Positions 30,531 to 39,861 of a stretch of 58,038 nucleotides of DNA are shown here, piece by piece; within the stretch, counting starts at the first letter, position 1; each line of letters starts with the position of its first letter. A program made the translations under genes and the position numbers. The notes beneath the pieces were generated by a model. That model was not told where the DNA came from and searched no databases. It saw nothing but the letters and a program-made list of their open reading frames with translations. Location: sequence record SRR33789315_132. The stretch is one strand, 5' to 3'.

Positions 30531-31568
30531 CTAGAGAACAGGAAGTTGATTCTCCCAACTTCTAACCGCGCCGATCTTCTCGCTAACCCAAGCTTCGTCA
30601 TGATAAGTATGCAAATACCTATCTCCAGTATCACAAAGCACCGTCACAATAGACCCCCGATCCTCATGCTCGTGCATCTCCTTTGCGAGCATCAATGCCC
30701 CCCAAAGATTAGTCCCCGTAGATCCGCCAGCCTTCCTGCCAATCAACTTCTCTAGCCAACGCAGCGCTGCCATTGAGGCACCGTCTGGCACTTTAACCAT
30801 CCTATCGATAACGCCTGGGGTGAAGGAGGGTTCTACTCTTGGCCTACCGATTCCTTCAATTCTGCTGCCACAGTTGCTGGTAAGTGTCTTATCGCCAGTC
30901 ATATAGCTTTCATAGAAAACAGAGTTCTCTGGGTCAACAATGACCATCTCTGTGTTGAAACGGCGGTAGCGAATATAACGTCCCAACGTGGCGGATGTGC
31001 CTCCGGTACCAGCACTCATGACGACGTAGCGGGGCAGGGGGAAGCGTTCATGTTCCATCTGTTTGAAGATGCTGTCGGCGATGTTGTTATTGCCGCGCCA
31101 GTCGGTGGCGCGCTCGGCGTAGGTGAACTGGTCCATGTAGTGGCCGTTCATCTCGGCGGCTAGGCGCTCAGCCTCGGCGTAGATTTGATCGCTTCGCTCT
31201 ACGAAATGACACTTGCCGCCGTAGAACTCTACCTGCGCTATTTTGCCCGCGGCTGTGCTGGCGGGCATCACGGCGATGAAGGGAAGGCCGATGAGTCTGG
31301 CGAAATAGGCCTCTGATATGGCGGTGGAGCCTGAAGAGGCTTCAATAATAGGCGTATCTTCTTTGATGTGGCCATTGCACAGGCCATAAAGGAAGAGCGA
31401 GCGGGCTAGGCGGTGTTTGAGGCTGCCTGTGGGGTGGGTGCTCTCATCCTTCAGATAGATGTCGATTCCAGGGTAACAGGGCAGGGGGAGCTTGATAAGG
31501 TGCGTGTCGGCAGAGCGTTGAAAGTCTGCATCGATTCTTCTGACTGCCTCGTTTACCCAGTGGCGCAT
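30531..31568 (-). CDS. PLP-dependent cysteine synthase family protein (Cds1-like cysteine desulfhydrase)
   Basis: [14 protein letters not shown] (PLP Lys), [22 protein letters not shown]. Confidence 0.88.
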   Translation of the reverse strand: MRHWVNEAVRRIDADFQRSADTHLIKLPLPCYPGIDIYLKDESTHPTGSLKHRLARSLFLYGLCNGHIKEDTPIIEASSGSTAISEAYFARLIGLPFIAVMPASTAAGKIAQVEFYGGKCHFVERSDQIYAEAERLAAEMNGHYMDQFTYAERATDWRGNNNIADSIFKQMEHERFPLPRYVVMSAGTGGTSATLGRYIRYRRFNTEMVIVDPENSVFYESYMTGDKTLTSNCGSRIEGIGRPRVEPSFTPGVIDRMVKVPDGASMAALRWLEKLIGRKAGGSTGTNLWGALMLAKEMHEHEDRGSIVTVLCDTGDRYLHTYHDEAWVSEKIGAVRSWENQLPVL

Positions 31569-31691
31569 TCTTCTTTTCCATCTGCTTATGTTGATTATAG
31601 TTAGACCGCGATTATGGCGGGGTAATTTGACAGGAACAAGACTGGGGTCTATTTATTAAGGAAGCAGTTTTCTTTTTTCTCATTTGATTCT

Positions 31692-31716
31692 ATCGCCAGC
31701 AGGGCTGGCTCCTACA
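31692..31716 (-). repeat. GTAG-family REP palindrome
   Basis: Reverse complement is TGTAGGAGCCAGCCCTGCTGGCGAT; internal palindrome GCCAGC-AGG-GCTGGC. Confidence 0.8.
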
Positions 31717-31733
31717 TTAGGGGCGGAGATCAA

Positions 31734-33347
31734 GTGGACGCATTGTTTCCACAATTCTTGCACCACGGCGCCGCGGATGGGGTGACGGGTAGTTGCCATC
31801 GTTACATGGCCAACCCTCACATCCATCTATTGGTGGATTGTGGTTTGTTCCAAGGGCGCGAGGTAAAGAATGGGCAAACGATCGATTTCGACCTTTCTTG
31901 TGTTAGGGCCCTGTTGGTCACCCATGTGCATATCGATCATATTGGGCGCATTCCTTCTCTATTCGCGGCGGGCTTTAAGGGGCCAATCCTTTGTTCGGCT
32001 CCTTCTGCAAAACTTTTGCCTCTGGTGATCGAAGACGCGTTGAAGATGGGTTTTACCCGGGATAAGCAAATCATCGAGCAGTTCTTGGCGAAGGTGCAGG
32101 CATCACTTTTACCTCTAGCATACAAGAAGTGGTATCCGCTGGTTACCCAATCCTGCTTGCAATTAAAAGTGCGGCTGCAACGGGCAGGGCATATCTTAGG
32201 TTCTGCTTATATTGAGGTGGATCTTAAGCAGCGCGCATCCGAAAAAGAGGCTTGGCACTCACATCGTACAATATTCTCCGGGGATTTAGGGGCGCCCTAT
32301 GCGCCATTATTGCCTGCGCCGCGCTCTCCCATCAAAGCCGATACCTTGGTCATTGAAAGCACCTATGGAAATCGCGTACATGAGGACAGGCGCGAACGGA
32401 AATTGCGGCTCAAAAGGGTGGTAGAGAGGGCGCTGCGGGATGGTGGCACGGTTATGATCCCGGCATTTAGTATTGGGCGCACTCAGGAGCTTCTCTATGA
32501 GTTGGAGTCCATTATTCATGATCTTAAAAAGAGCTCTGGAGCAGCCAGCTTTGCTGGCGATGGTTTTGATTTACCCAGCGGATCGCCTGCAGGGCAGGCT
32601 CCTACGACGAATGCCCCGACTATTGGAGATCCTAAGGTTTGGGAGGGGCTAACGATCATCGTGGATTCGCCCTTGGCGGCTAAATTCACTCAGGTCTATC
32701 GAGAGTTAAAGCACTATTGGGACGAGGAAGCTTTGCAAAGGGTTAGGACTGGGCGACACCCTCTTAGTTTTGAGAGTCTGTTGACCATCGATTCTCACGA
32801 CGATCATATGCGGGTAGTGCGCTATCTAGCAGAAACTAAGAAGCCGGCGATCGTGATCGCGGCAAGTGGTATGGCGGCGGGTGGGCGTATCGTCAATTAT
32901 CTAAAGGCGATGCTGGGCGATGAAAGGCATAACGTGTTGTTTGTGGGGTTCCAGGTGCCGGGTACGCCGGGGAGGGAGATTTTGGAGTCCTCTCGTGGAT
33001 TGGGAGGCTATTCAGACTCTTCGCGGGCTAGCCCCCCCTTACGAGGGCAGACGCTTCTACAGGCAGTGGGTTCGATCAGATCTATTGAGCTCGACGGGGA
33101 ATGGTATGAAGTGCGGGCTGGTGTCGAATCTATTGGAGGGTATTCTGCGCATGCCGATCAGCAGAATCTGTTGAGCTTTGTTCGGGGAATGAGAACCTGG
33201 CCAAAGCAAATTCGGATCGTTCACGGCAACGATGAGGCAAGGCGTTTGTTGAAGGTATGTATTGAGGAAATGTTTGCTCAGGCTGCCAAGAAGATTGATA
33301 TTGTGTTGCCATGCCGTTCGTCACTTTCGGAGCAAGGGTCTGAGTGA
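31734..33347 (+). CDS. MBL-fold beta-CASP hydrolase (RNA-metabolising MBL family)
   Basis: VTGSCH, THVHIDHIG (HxHxDH), AGHILGS, FSGDLG, ESTYG, GYSAHADQ, VHG. Confidence 0.92.
   Translation: MDALFPQFLHHGAADGVTGSCHRYMANPHIHLLVDCGLFQGREVKNGQTIDFDLSCVRALLVTHVHIDHIGRIPSLFAAGFKGPILCSAPSAKLLPLVIEDALKMGFTRDKQIIEQFLAKVQASLLPLAYKKWYPLVTQSCLQLKVRLQRAGHILGSAYIEVDLKQRASEKEAWHSHRTIFSGDLGAPYAPLLPAPRSPIKADTLVIESTYGNRVHEDRRERKLRLKRVVERALRDGGTVMIPAFSIGRTQELLYELESIIHDLKKSSGAASFAGDGFDLPSGSPAGQAPTTNAPTIGDPKVWEGLTIIVDSPLAAKFTQVYRELKHYWDEEALQRVRTGRHPLSFESLLTIDSHDDHMRVVRYLAETKKPAIVIAASGMAAGGRIVNYLKAMLGDERHNVLFVGFQVPGTPGREILESSRGLGGYSDSSRASPPLRGQTLLQAVGSIRSIELDGEWYEVRAGVESIGGYSAHADQQNLLSFVRGMRTWPKQIRIVHGNDEARRLLKVCIEEMFAQAAKKIDIVLPCRSSLSEQGSE
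32537..32606. repeat. Inverted REP doublet (REPIN-like) in frame within the MBL gene
   Basis: TGGAGCAGCCAGCTTTGCTGGCGAT-20 nt-ATCGCCTGCAGGGCAGGCTCCTACG; arms match the 31692 REP at 21/25 and 22/25. Confidence 0.78.
33020..33061 (-). repeat. Degenerate REP copies within the MBL gene
   Basis: TTCGCGGGCTAGCCCCCCCTTAC matches the reverse complement of the 44910 REP at 18/23; it is followed by a GGGCAGACGCTTCTACA half-copy. Confidence 0.55.
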
Positions 33348-33392
33348 TCGTTGAGCTAGTAATTGTTGGCACTCGACTGCAGTTGTCGAGAC

Positions 33393-33429
33393 CATTGCAG
33401 GCGATTTGCTTATAAAATCGCCTGCAATG
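33393..33429. terminator. 15-bp hairpin between convergent genes (possibly REP-derived)
   Basis: CATTGCAGGCGATTT-7 nt-AAATCGCCTGCAATG perfect stem; TGCAGGCGAT equals the inner end of the local REP. Confidence 0.6.
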
Positions 33430-33459
33430 TATCGATAGCGCTCGTTAAGATAGGGGCGT

Positions 33460-35880
33460 TTATAGTCCGTACAAAACTTGCACTCCACTACTATGCAAGA
33501 CTTCAACGTCTAACTTGCCATCTTCATTGATATCCGAGCTGCGGAACGCAAAGCCTTCTGTAGCATTAGCTTCAAGGTATGCCTGATCAGCAGTGGTTAA
33601 TGTATAGCTGAAGAAGCTTGGCTTGAACCTGCCGACGTCTGCGATATTAATGATGCCAGTGTCACGATCCGTCGTGACTGTCAGTTGAAGAAAGTTACCC
33701 AGAGTATAGAAATCTGACTGACTGACATAAGGCACTATACGTTGCGTCACGCCGTTATCTGCGCAAGTCGCAGTAAACGCGTATTCCGGTGAGGTCACTC
33801 CTCCCGTGGGTGGTGTAATGCTCACTACGCCGCAAGCCCCTTCATGTCCTGCAATATTGTCGTAGGCAAACACACCGGAGAATTTCTCGTTGGGTCCTGT
33901 CTGTATGTCTATAGCACCATCATTTCTCGAGCTTACTTCGTATCCACCGTCTTGAACAGCGGCTGCAAACTGTGCAAAGTCTGCAGAGCTACTGCCAATA
34001 TTATAAGCTTGTCCATCTTGCACCCAAAGAACGGTACCGTTTGGCTGTGGGATGGTGCCGTTAATGAAGTTACTAGGGACGAGCACTAGATTAAAGATAC
34101 TGCCAACAAATGTATTGCCCCCGATATGGGCTTTTACAGTGTAGTTGTCTAAGTCTTTTTCTATCTCTATAGGAGCTGTTGCCGCTAACAACATAGGATT
34201 TGAGTCCCCATTCTGTAGGTTGCCTGTGAAACCTACAGTAATTGTTCCACAAGGCCCAATTTTATAAGTTGTGCCTAACACTGCAGGCTCAAATCTTATG
34301 TTTTCATACCAACCGTATAATGGCTTTAGAAATGGAGATACCAAGGTGAGAGGTGTATATTGAAAAATGTTTACATTTGGCGGTGGGGTAGGATTAGGGG
34401 AGCCAAACCACCATAATTGAGTTTGCAAAAGTGGGTTCACTACTGCGTTTACATTCAAGCCTCCGGTAAGTGATTGAGATCCACAGACGCCGCTTTCGGT
34501 AATTTTTTTCTCGTTAAGCTGGGTCAGTGCGGTAACGGCACCAGTATAATTTTTTGCTTCAAAAACAACTGGTGGGTTGGCCTTGGCTCCGAGAGCGAAG
34601 GTAGCCGCAAGCAGGTCACTCATACTGGTCAGGTTTTTTTCGTCTTCATTGCTTCCTGCGAAAAACCCGGGAGCATTGGTAAGTAAATTTTTCACGATTT
34701 CTAAACCAGCATTGGCTTCTGCTGCCGTTAAGGTCTCTTTTTCACTAAAACCCTTCAATAACGTAGCCGCTGAAGAAAGCACCGCATTGGTGTTGCTAGT
34801 AACGGATGCGTTCTGACTGCTAGTTTGTGATAGCAGGGCGTTGGTCGCGACTAATTTTTGAACGGCTGTGCCTAGCGTCGAAAGCTGACTCGTTGTGACT
34901 GTAGCGCTGCTAGTGTTGGCTAAATTTGTGTTTAAGGTTTGACTAGCGGTGACTACTGCATCGAGCTCTTCTTGAGTGGGCGTGCCTCCATTGGCAATTG
35001 TCGAATTGACGGAATCTGTTGCCTGCGTGCTGCTGGTCGATGCCTCCTCAATGGGATCCGTGGTGCTACCGGTATCGGTAGTACTGCCACTTGGTAGCAC
35101 GTTAAAGGTGCCGGTGACACGTTGTGCATCATTGAAAAATGAGCTTAACTCAGAGCTGTTGAGTTCAAATGCACTACCATCGAAATTGGAGAATGCGGCG
35201 AAGCTATAACCTACGCCTGAGTCGGTGTCGATCCCCCATTGCACAGAATTACCAAGTGGCTCAAGGGCGATGGTATAGGTGTAACTTGCCGCTTTGTCGA
35301 ACTCAGTCAAGATGAGATTTTCAATGGCGGAATTGCTGCTGATACGTGAAATCAACTTTTCGCCATCGATACTGATTGATGATCCGCTTATCGAGACTGG
35401 GCCATTGGCGGTACCGTTACTAATATCGGCCATCACATCGATGCTGCCGTCATTGGAACGTAGCAAGATGCGCAAATCTTGGACCGGGACAGCGCCGGTA
35501 ATATTGTTATTCCCATCAACTACTAAGTTTAGCGTATCGAGTTTTGCTTCCAATCGGCTGCTAGTAGAATTGTTGTCGATAATGACCCCAATCCTGAACG
35601 TATAGGTATCCGCGCTGGCACTTATTGGCTTGATGGAAAAACCGAAACTGGGTATGCCAAAATTACTAAAGATAGGCACGTTGGCAATATTAGTAATAGC
35701 ACCAGTGCCATCAATGCTCGCACTTTGGGAGAAACCGGCGCTGGCCCCGCTTCCCACTATATTGAACTGACTATTGTCTATTATAAATTCTTGCGCATTT
35801 GCGTTGGTGGTTAGCCCTATAAATGCGCCAAGTAAAACGATCTGCCCAAATCGAATTTTGCTGTTTCGGTAGAGTTTCAT
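33460..35880 (-). CDS. Large secreted hypothetical protein, paralogue A (806 aa; surface/S-layer-like candidate)
   Basis: Sec signal ending ANA|QEF; S/T/N/A-rich; C-terminal ~235 aa clearly homologous to 37294..39687. Confidence 0.85.
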   Translation of the reverse strand: MKLYRNSKIRFGQIVLLGAFIGLTTNANAQEFIIDNSQFNIVGSGASAGFSQSASIDGTGAITNIANVPIFSNFGIPSFGFSIKPISASADTYTFRIGVIIDNNSTSSRLEAKLDTLNLVVDGNNNITGAVPVQDLRILLRSNDGSIDVMADISNGTANGPVSISGSSISIDGEKLISRISSNSAIENLILTEFDKAASYTYTIALEPLGNSVQWGIDTDSGVGYSFAAFSNFDGSAFELNSSELSSFFNDAQRVTGTFNVLPSGSTTDTGSTTDPIEEASTSSTQATDSVNSTIANGGTPTQEELDAVVTASQTLNTNLANTSSATVTTSQLSTLGTAVQKLVATNALLSQTSSQNASVTSNTNAVLSSAATLLKGFSEKETLTAAEANAGLEIVKNLLTNAPGFFAGSNEDEKNLTSMSDLLAATFALGAKANPPVVFEAKNYTGAVTALTQLNEKKITESGVCGSQSLTGGLNVNAVVNPLLQTQLWWFGSPNPTPPPNVNIFQYTPLTLVSPFLKPLYGWYENIRFEPAVLGTTYKIGPCGTITVGFTGNLQNGDSNPMLLAATAPIEIEKDLDNYTVKAHIGGNTFVGSIFNLVLVPSNFINGTIPQPNGTVLWVQDGQAYNIGSSSADFAQFAAAVQDGGYEVSSRNDGAIDIQTGPNEKFSGVFAYDNIAGHEGACGVVSITPPTGGVTSPEYAFTATCADNGVTQRIVPYVSQSDFYTLGNFLQLTVTTDRDTGIINIADVGRFKPSFFSYTLTTADQAYLEANATEGFAFRSSDINEDGKLDVEVLHSSGVQVLYGL

Positions 35881-36092
35881 TGGTTTTCCATCCTTCGGCT
35901 ATTTTTCCTTATGCGAAGTCAAGACAAATTGAATATCGCCTTTTTGGGGGGGTACATTATTTTGGGAGTTTTTGCAGATACCAAGACGCAAAATTTCCTA
36001 AAGTGGAAATTAAATCTTGGTTTTTCGAATGCTTAAATCGACTGGTTCACATTATAGTGAATTGAGGTCTGAGAATGGGTAGTCGGAGAAGT

Positions 36093-37145
36093 TTAACTGA
36101 GTTCTATTTGCCGCGGCTTAATGCCGAACAGGCGTCGTACTTTTGCCCATGCCATATAGATGCAGAAGATGCCCATGAAGCTGGCGAACATAAAGGCTTC
36201 GTTAAAATGAAAGAAGTACCCTACGAGGCCAAAACTTCCCATCGCAATACTGGCTAGATACAAGCCTACAACGGTCTGTTCATGGGTTAAACCTGCGTCC
36301 AACAAGCGATGATGTAAGTGATCTCTTCCAGCCGAAAACGGATTAATTCCCCTGAAAGGTCTTTTAATTAACAAGCTGACCGTATCGATCAAAGGTATCG
36401 CTAAAAACCAAAGCGCATATACTGGGGGCATAACTTCACTTTCACCTTGAGTAGCTTCGATAATAAGCCATGTCAAAATATAACCAAGAAATGTACTACC
36501 AGCATCTCCCAGATAGATCAAGGCAGGTTTCTTCCAGGGAAAGCGGAAATTCAATGCAAGGAAGGCTAATAGCGCGCAAATCAACAAGGTTCCGAACTGG
36601 AGCATGGGGACATTGCCAGCTTTGAAGGCGACGATGCTCAAGAAGGTAAGGGCGATTAGCACTAAGCCGCCCGACAGGCCATCGATGCCATCGGTCATGT
36701 TGATTGCGTTGATAACGCCGACTGTGGCAAACATCGTGAATGGAATAGCAAGAATGCCAAGCTCGATAGGGCCTAAAGTCATAAGATCGCCAAGCGACAA
36801 TAATTGATTGCCCGCCACCACGGCCATTAACCAAGCTGCAAAACCATGAGTGCCCATGCGCACAGAGACTCGCAATTCGCGAGCATCGTCAAAGATTCCG
36901 ATTAGAAGTACTAAGCCTGATATGGCGAGCATCGGCCCGTAATGTAAGAAAACCCCTGGTGTAAATACGCTCATGCACAGTGTGCCAACGTAAATGCCAA
37001 CGCCGCCGATTAGTGGGGTAGGAGTCTTATGAATTTTGCGACCACCGGGATGGTCGAGTAAGCCGATTTTGTTTGCCATAGGTTTTAGCGCAAACAAAGA
37101 GATAGATGTGATAATAAAGGTGCTAAAAAGATTGATGAAGCTCAT
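36093..37145 (-). CDS. wecA: Undecaprenyl-phosphate GlcNAc-1-phosphate transferase (MraY/WecA family)
   Basis: D.PGGRKIH..PTPLIGG, GIFDD, NAINMTDGIDGL, YLGDAGS, DHLHHRL. Confidence 0.9.
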   Translation of the reverse strand: MSFINLFSTFIITSISLFALKPMANKIGLLDHPGGRKIHKTPTPLIGGVGIYVGTLCMSVFTPGVFLHYGPMLAISGLVLLIGIFDDARELRVSVRMGTHGFAAWLMAVVAGNQLLSLGDLMTLGPIELGILAIPFTMFATVGVINAINMTDGIDGLSGGLVLIALTFLSIVAFKAGNVPMLQFGTLLICALLAFLALNFRFPWKKPALIYLGDAGSTFLGYILTWLIIEATQGESEVMPPVYALWFLAIPLIDTVSLLIKRPFRGINPFSAGRDHLHHRLLDAGLTHEQTVVGLYLASIAMGSFGLVGYFFHFNEAFMFASFMGIFCIYMAWAKVRRLFGIKPRQIELS

Positions 37146-37243
37146 GCTGACACGTTTCTAGTACCGAGTGGCAAGTCCAGCAACCACTGAGGTAAGTCCT
37201 TTTCATTGATCGGCTATTGAACTTGCGTATTTTCTTGAGAGGA

Positions 37244-37269
37244 GCGGAAGCAGGTTGACCTGCTTCCGC
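37244..37269 (-). terminator. Strong stem-loop just downstream of the 797-aa gene
   Basis: GCGGAAGCAGG-TTGA-CCTGCTTCCGC, 24 nt past the stop; no clean U-tract, so terminator or 3' stabiliser. Confidence 0.6.
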
Positions 37270-37293
37270 CGTTCTCTATCTTCCGTACTTTGA

Positions 37294-39687
37294 TTACAGG
37301 CCGTAGAGTACTTGCACGCCATCGGCGCTCAATACTTCGTAGTCTGTTTTACCGTCGCCATTCTTATCAGAAGAGCGGAAGGCAATGCCATCTGCGTTCT
37401 TGTTGGCGGTGTAGTAGGTTGTGTCGGCTGCGCTAAGCGGCGTAACGAAGAAGCTAGGCTTAAAGCTGCCTACCGTATTGATCGTCACGATGCCCGTGTT
37501 CCTATCTGTGCTGGCATTCAAGTCAGCATTGGCGATAGTGGTATAGAACGTAGCGTTATCGACCATAGGAACAACGTGTTGCGTAGGTCCGTTCGCGCAC
37601 TTCACTTCGAAGGCATAACTCGCTGCCTTTGGGTTTCCAGTAGGTGAGGTGATGCTGATCGCGCCACAGCTAGTCGCCGTACCCAGATTGTCAAAAGCAA
37701 ACGCGCCAGAGAAGCGCTCGTTGTTCGCTAGGGCAATCGAGATAGTGCCATTGTCGCGGTACGTTAGCTGGAAACCGGCACCAGTCACGGCACTAGTGAA
37801 ACCAGCCTGGTCAAACGCTGTTGGTGATAGCTCTGTTGCAACACCGTTGCCTACGAGCACTGCGGTGCCGTTAGCAAGGTAGCTTATGCCTTCTGGAAGA
37901 CTGTCTGGTACAAGTCGAGACACTGGGTTCGCGGCGACATATTTTTCAGTGCCGTTGCTCAGGGTCATATTGCCAGTAGTGCTATCGGTAGTGACTGTGA
38001 AACCAGTAGTCGCTGATTGGAAGTTTAAGCCTCCAGTAAGTTGACCGGCTGTGCCTGCAGCGCCACCGAGGTTTAGTGCCAATATCTCTTCTACTGAAAG
38101 CTCCACGCCACCGATGTTAACTTTGGTTTCTGGAGGAAGATCTGCTGAGGCAGCAAGTGCCACATTCAACACGCTTGGGTTGCTCTTCATTAAGGCTTTC
38201 AAGCCTTCCGGTGTGCTGGTGTCGGCACCTGCTAACGCGGCGGTAGAAAGGTTCTTGATGACACCAGTCACGGCTTTTCCAGTAAGGGCTTTTACTTGCT
38301 CGACTACGCTAGAGCTAACGGTACCGCCAGCGCTTGTCGCACCGGATTTGAGAATCGCGGCGCTTGCCTTTACTACAGCCAGAATGTTCGCTGAACTTGA
38401 AGTAGTGGTGATGAGGTTAGCCGCATCTTTCACCACATTCGTTACCAAGGTATTGATAGTGGTTTTTTCCGCAGGTGTTAAGTTTGCTGCCCCCTTAGCG
38501 GTGTTAAGCGCCGCAAGCGTTGAAGCAACACTGGTTATGGTGTTGGCGGCTTTGGTTGTGTCGATAGCGCCACTCTTTTGTGTCGCTGCGCCTGCCAATT
38601 CAACCGATTTGCCTACGGTGTTAAGTGTGTTTAACACTGTAGTTGGATCCGTGGCGGCGTTTATCGTGGCGGCGAGATTGGTGGCGAGTGTAGCCCCGTT
38701 ATCGATGGCATTGTTGAGCTTGTCCACCGTTGCCGTTGTTACTGTCGTAACGGTAGGATCGTTAATCTCGTCATCTAGTTCTTCATTGGTATTTTCTTGC
38801 TCATCCACCGTTACTGGAGGCGTTGTTGGTGTAGTCGCAACGGTGCAATCTTCAGTATAAGGATTGGGCGCAGCGCCTGCTGAGCCGGCAGCACCTGTGA
38901 CACTGTAGCGACCCTGAATTGCATAAGCTAAAGTTATATCGGATGCAATGGCGCTATTTCCCAAGGTGAATACGCTATTTGATTGCGAAGTAGTGTTTGC
39001 TGCGCAAGTTGTTTGAATGCGAGGGAACGCGGCGAAAGTGCCGTCATTTGTGCCCAATTCAATTGCCGCGCCAGATGTTTGCTGCATGGCAATTGTGAAG
39101 TGGTAATGCCTAGGAATGGTGCCAATGTCGTCCAATATGGCTTTGATTGACGGGTGATCGTTAGTTATCGCTGTGAGCACCTTGGACATATAGAAATTGA
39201 ATTTTTCACCGGAAACAGTGATGGGGCTATCCGCGGGAATATTAAGTAACACATTCACATTGATCGAGCCATCTGAGTCACGCGCAAGCACACGGATTTT
39301 CGTAGTGTTAGTTAGAACTCCATTTACAGTAGTGCCGCCACCGCCGACAGTTAATTTCAATTCAGGAATGAATACCTCAATACGGCTATTCGTATTATCG
39401 TCGTCGAAGGTAGCGGCAAGTTTGAATTTATATTCGCCATCTGTAGCGATATTGCTTGGTGTGAAATCAAACGTTAGATCAGGAATGCCTTTATTCGTAG
39501 CAGCAATTCCTGTCACTTGATCCGCTACGCCACTGGATGAAACAGTGGTAGGGCTCGCATTTAGAGTTACCTGAGCATTGTCGAGGGTAAACTCAGCTGC
39601 GTTGGCATAGAATCCCAAACCAGACAGCATGGTGGCCAAGACGACTTGGTTTAGGTATTTTCTCTTGTGACTGATCGTTGTGGCCAT
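37294..39687 (-). CDS. Large secreted hypothetical protein, paralogue B (797 aa; surface/S-layer-like candidate)
   Basis: Sec signal ending ANA|AEF; very Ala/Thr-rich, no Trp seen, two Cys pairs; C-terminal DKNGDGKTD motif; GAGGG RBS. Confidence 0.87.
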   Translation of the reverse strand: MATTISHKRKYLNQVVLATMLSGLGFYANAAEFTLDNAQVTLNASPTTVSSSGVADQVTGIAATNKGIPDLTFDFTPSNIATDGEYKFKLAATFDDDNTNSRIEVFIPELKLTVGGGGTTVNGVLTNTTKIRVLARDSDGSINVNVLLNIPADSPITVSGEKFNFYMSKVLTAITNDHPSIKAILDDIGTIPRHYHFTIAMQQTSGAAIELGTNDGTFAAFPRIQTTCAANTTSQSNSVFTLGNSAIASDITLAYAIQGRYSVTGAAGSAGAAPNPYTEDCTVATTPTTPPVTVDEQENTNEELDDEINDPTVTTVTTATVDKLNNAIDNGATLATNLAATINAATDPTTVLNTLNTVGKSVELAGAATQKSGAIDTTKAANTITSVASTLAALNTAKGAANLTPAEKTTINTLVTNVVKDAANLITTTSSSANILAVVKASAAILKSGATSAGGTVSSSVVEQVKALTGKAVTGVIKNLSTAALAGADTSTPEGLKALMKSNPSVLNVALAASADLPPETKVNIGGVELSVEEILALNLGGAAGTAGQLTGGLNFQSATTGFTVTTDSTTGNMTLSNGTEKYVAANPVSRLVPDSLPEGISYLANGTAVLVGNGVATELSPTAFDQAGFTSAVTGAGFQLTYRDNGTISIALANNERFSGAFAFDNLGTATSCGAISITSPTGNPKAASYAFEVKCANGPTQHVVPMVDNATFYTTIANADLNASTDRNTGIVTINTVGSFKPSFFVTPLSAADTTYYTANKNADGIAFRSSDKNGDGKTDYEVLSADGVQVLYGL

Positions 39688-39756
39688 TCCGATTTCCCTC
39701 TGTGGTCTGAATTAATTGATATCGTTGCAGTTTTTGGCTATGGGCGTTTGGATAGC

Positions 39757-39784
39757 ATTATACATGAAATTTGTCTAGTGTCAT
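39757..39784 (-). promoter_or_regulatory. Putative sigma-70 promoter of paralogue B
   Basis: Minus strand ATGACA-N16-TATAAT about 70 nt upstream of the start codon. Confidence 0.55.
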
Positions 39785-39861
39785 CGTTAAAGTCCCACGA
39801 AATTGGTGCTGTTTTTTTAACCAAGTTTTCGCGCTAAATCACATTTTCTCTCATCTTTTTA

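Noticed and set aside
30962-30969. GGCGGTAG ops/JUMPstart-like motif
   Set aside because: It lies inside a coding gene, lacks the downstream nnTG and is not at an operon leader.
38051-38860. 269-aa plus-strand ORF
   Set aside because: Antisense shadow of the Ala/Thr-rich 797-aa gene; no independent motifs.
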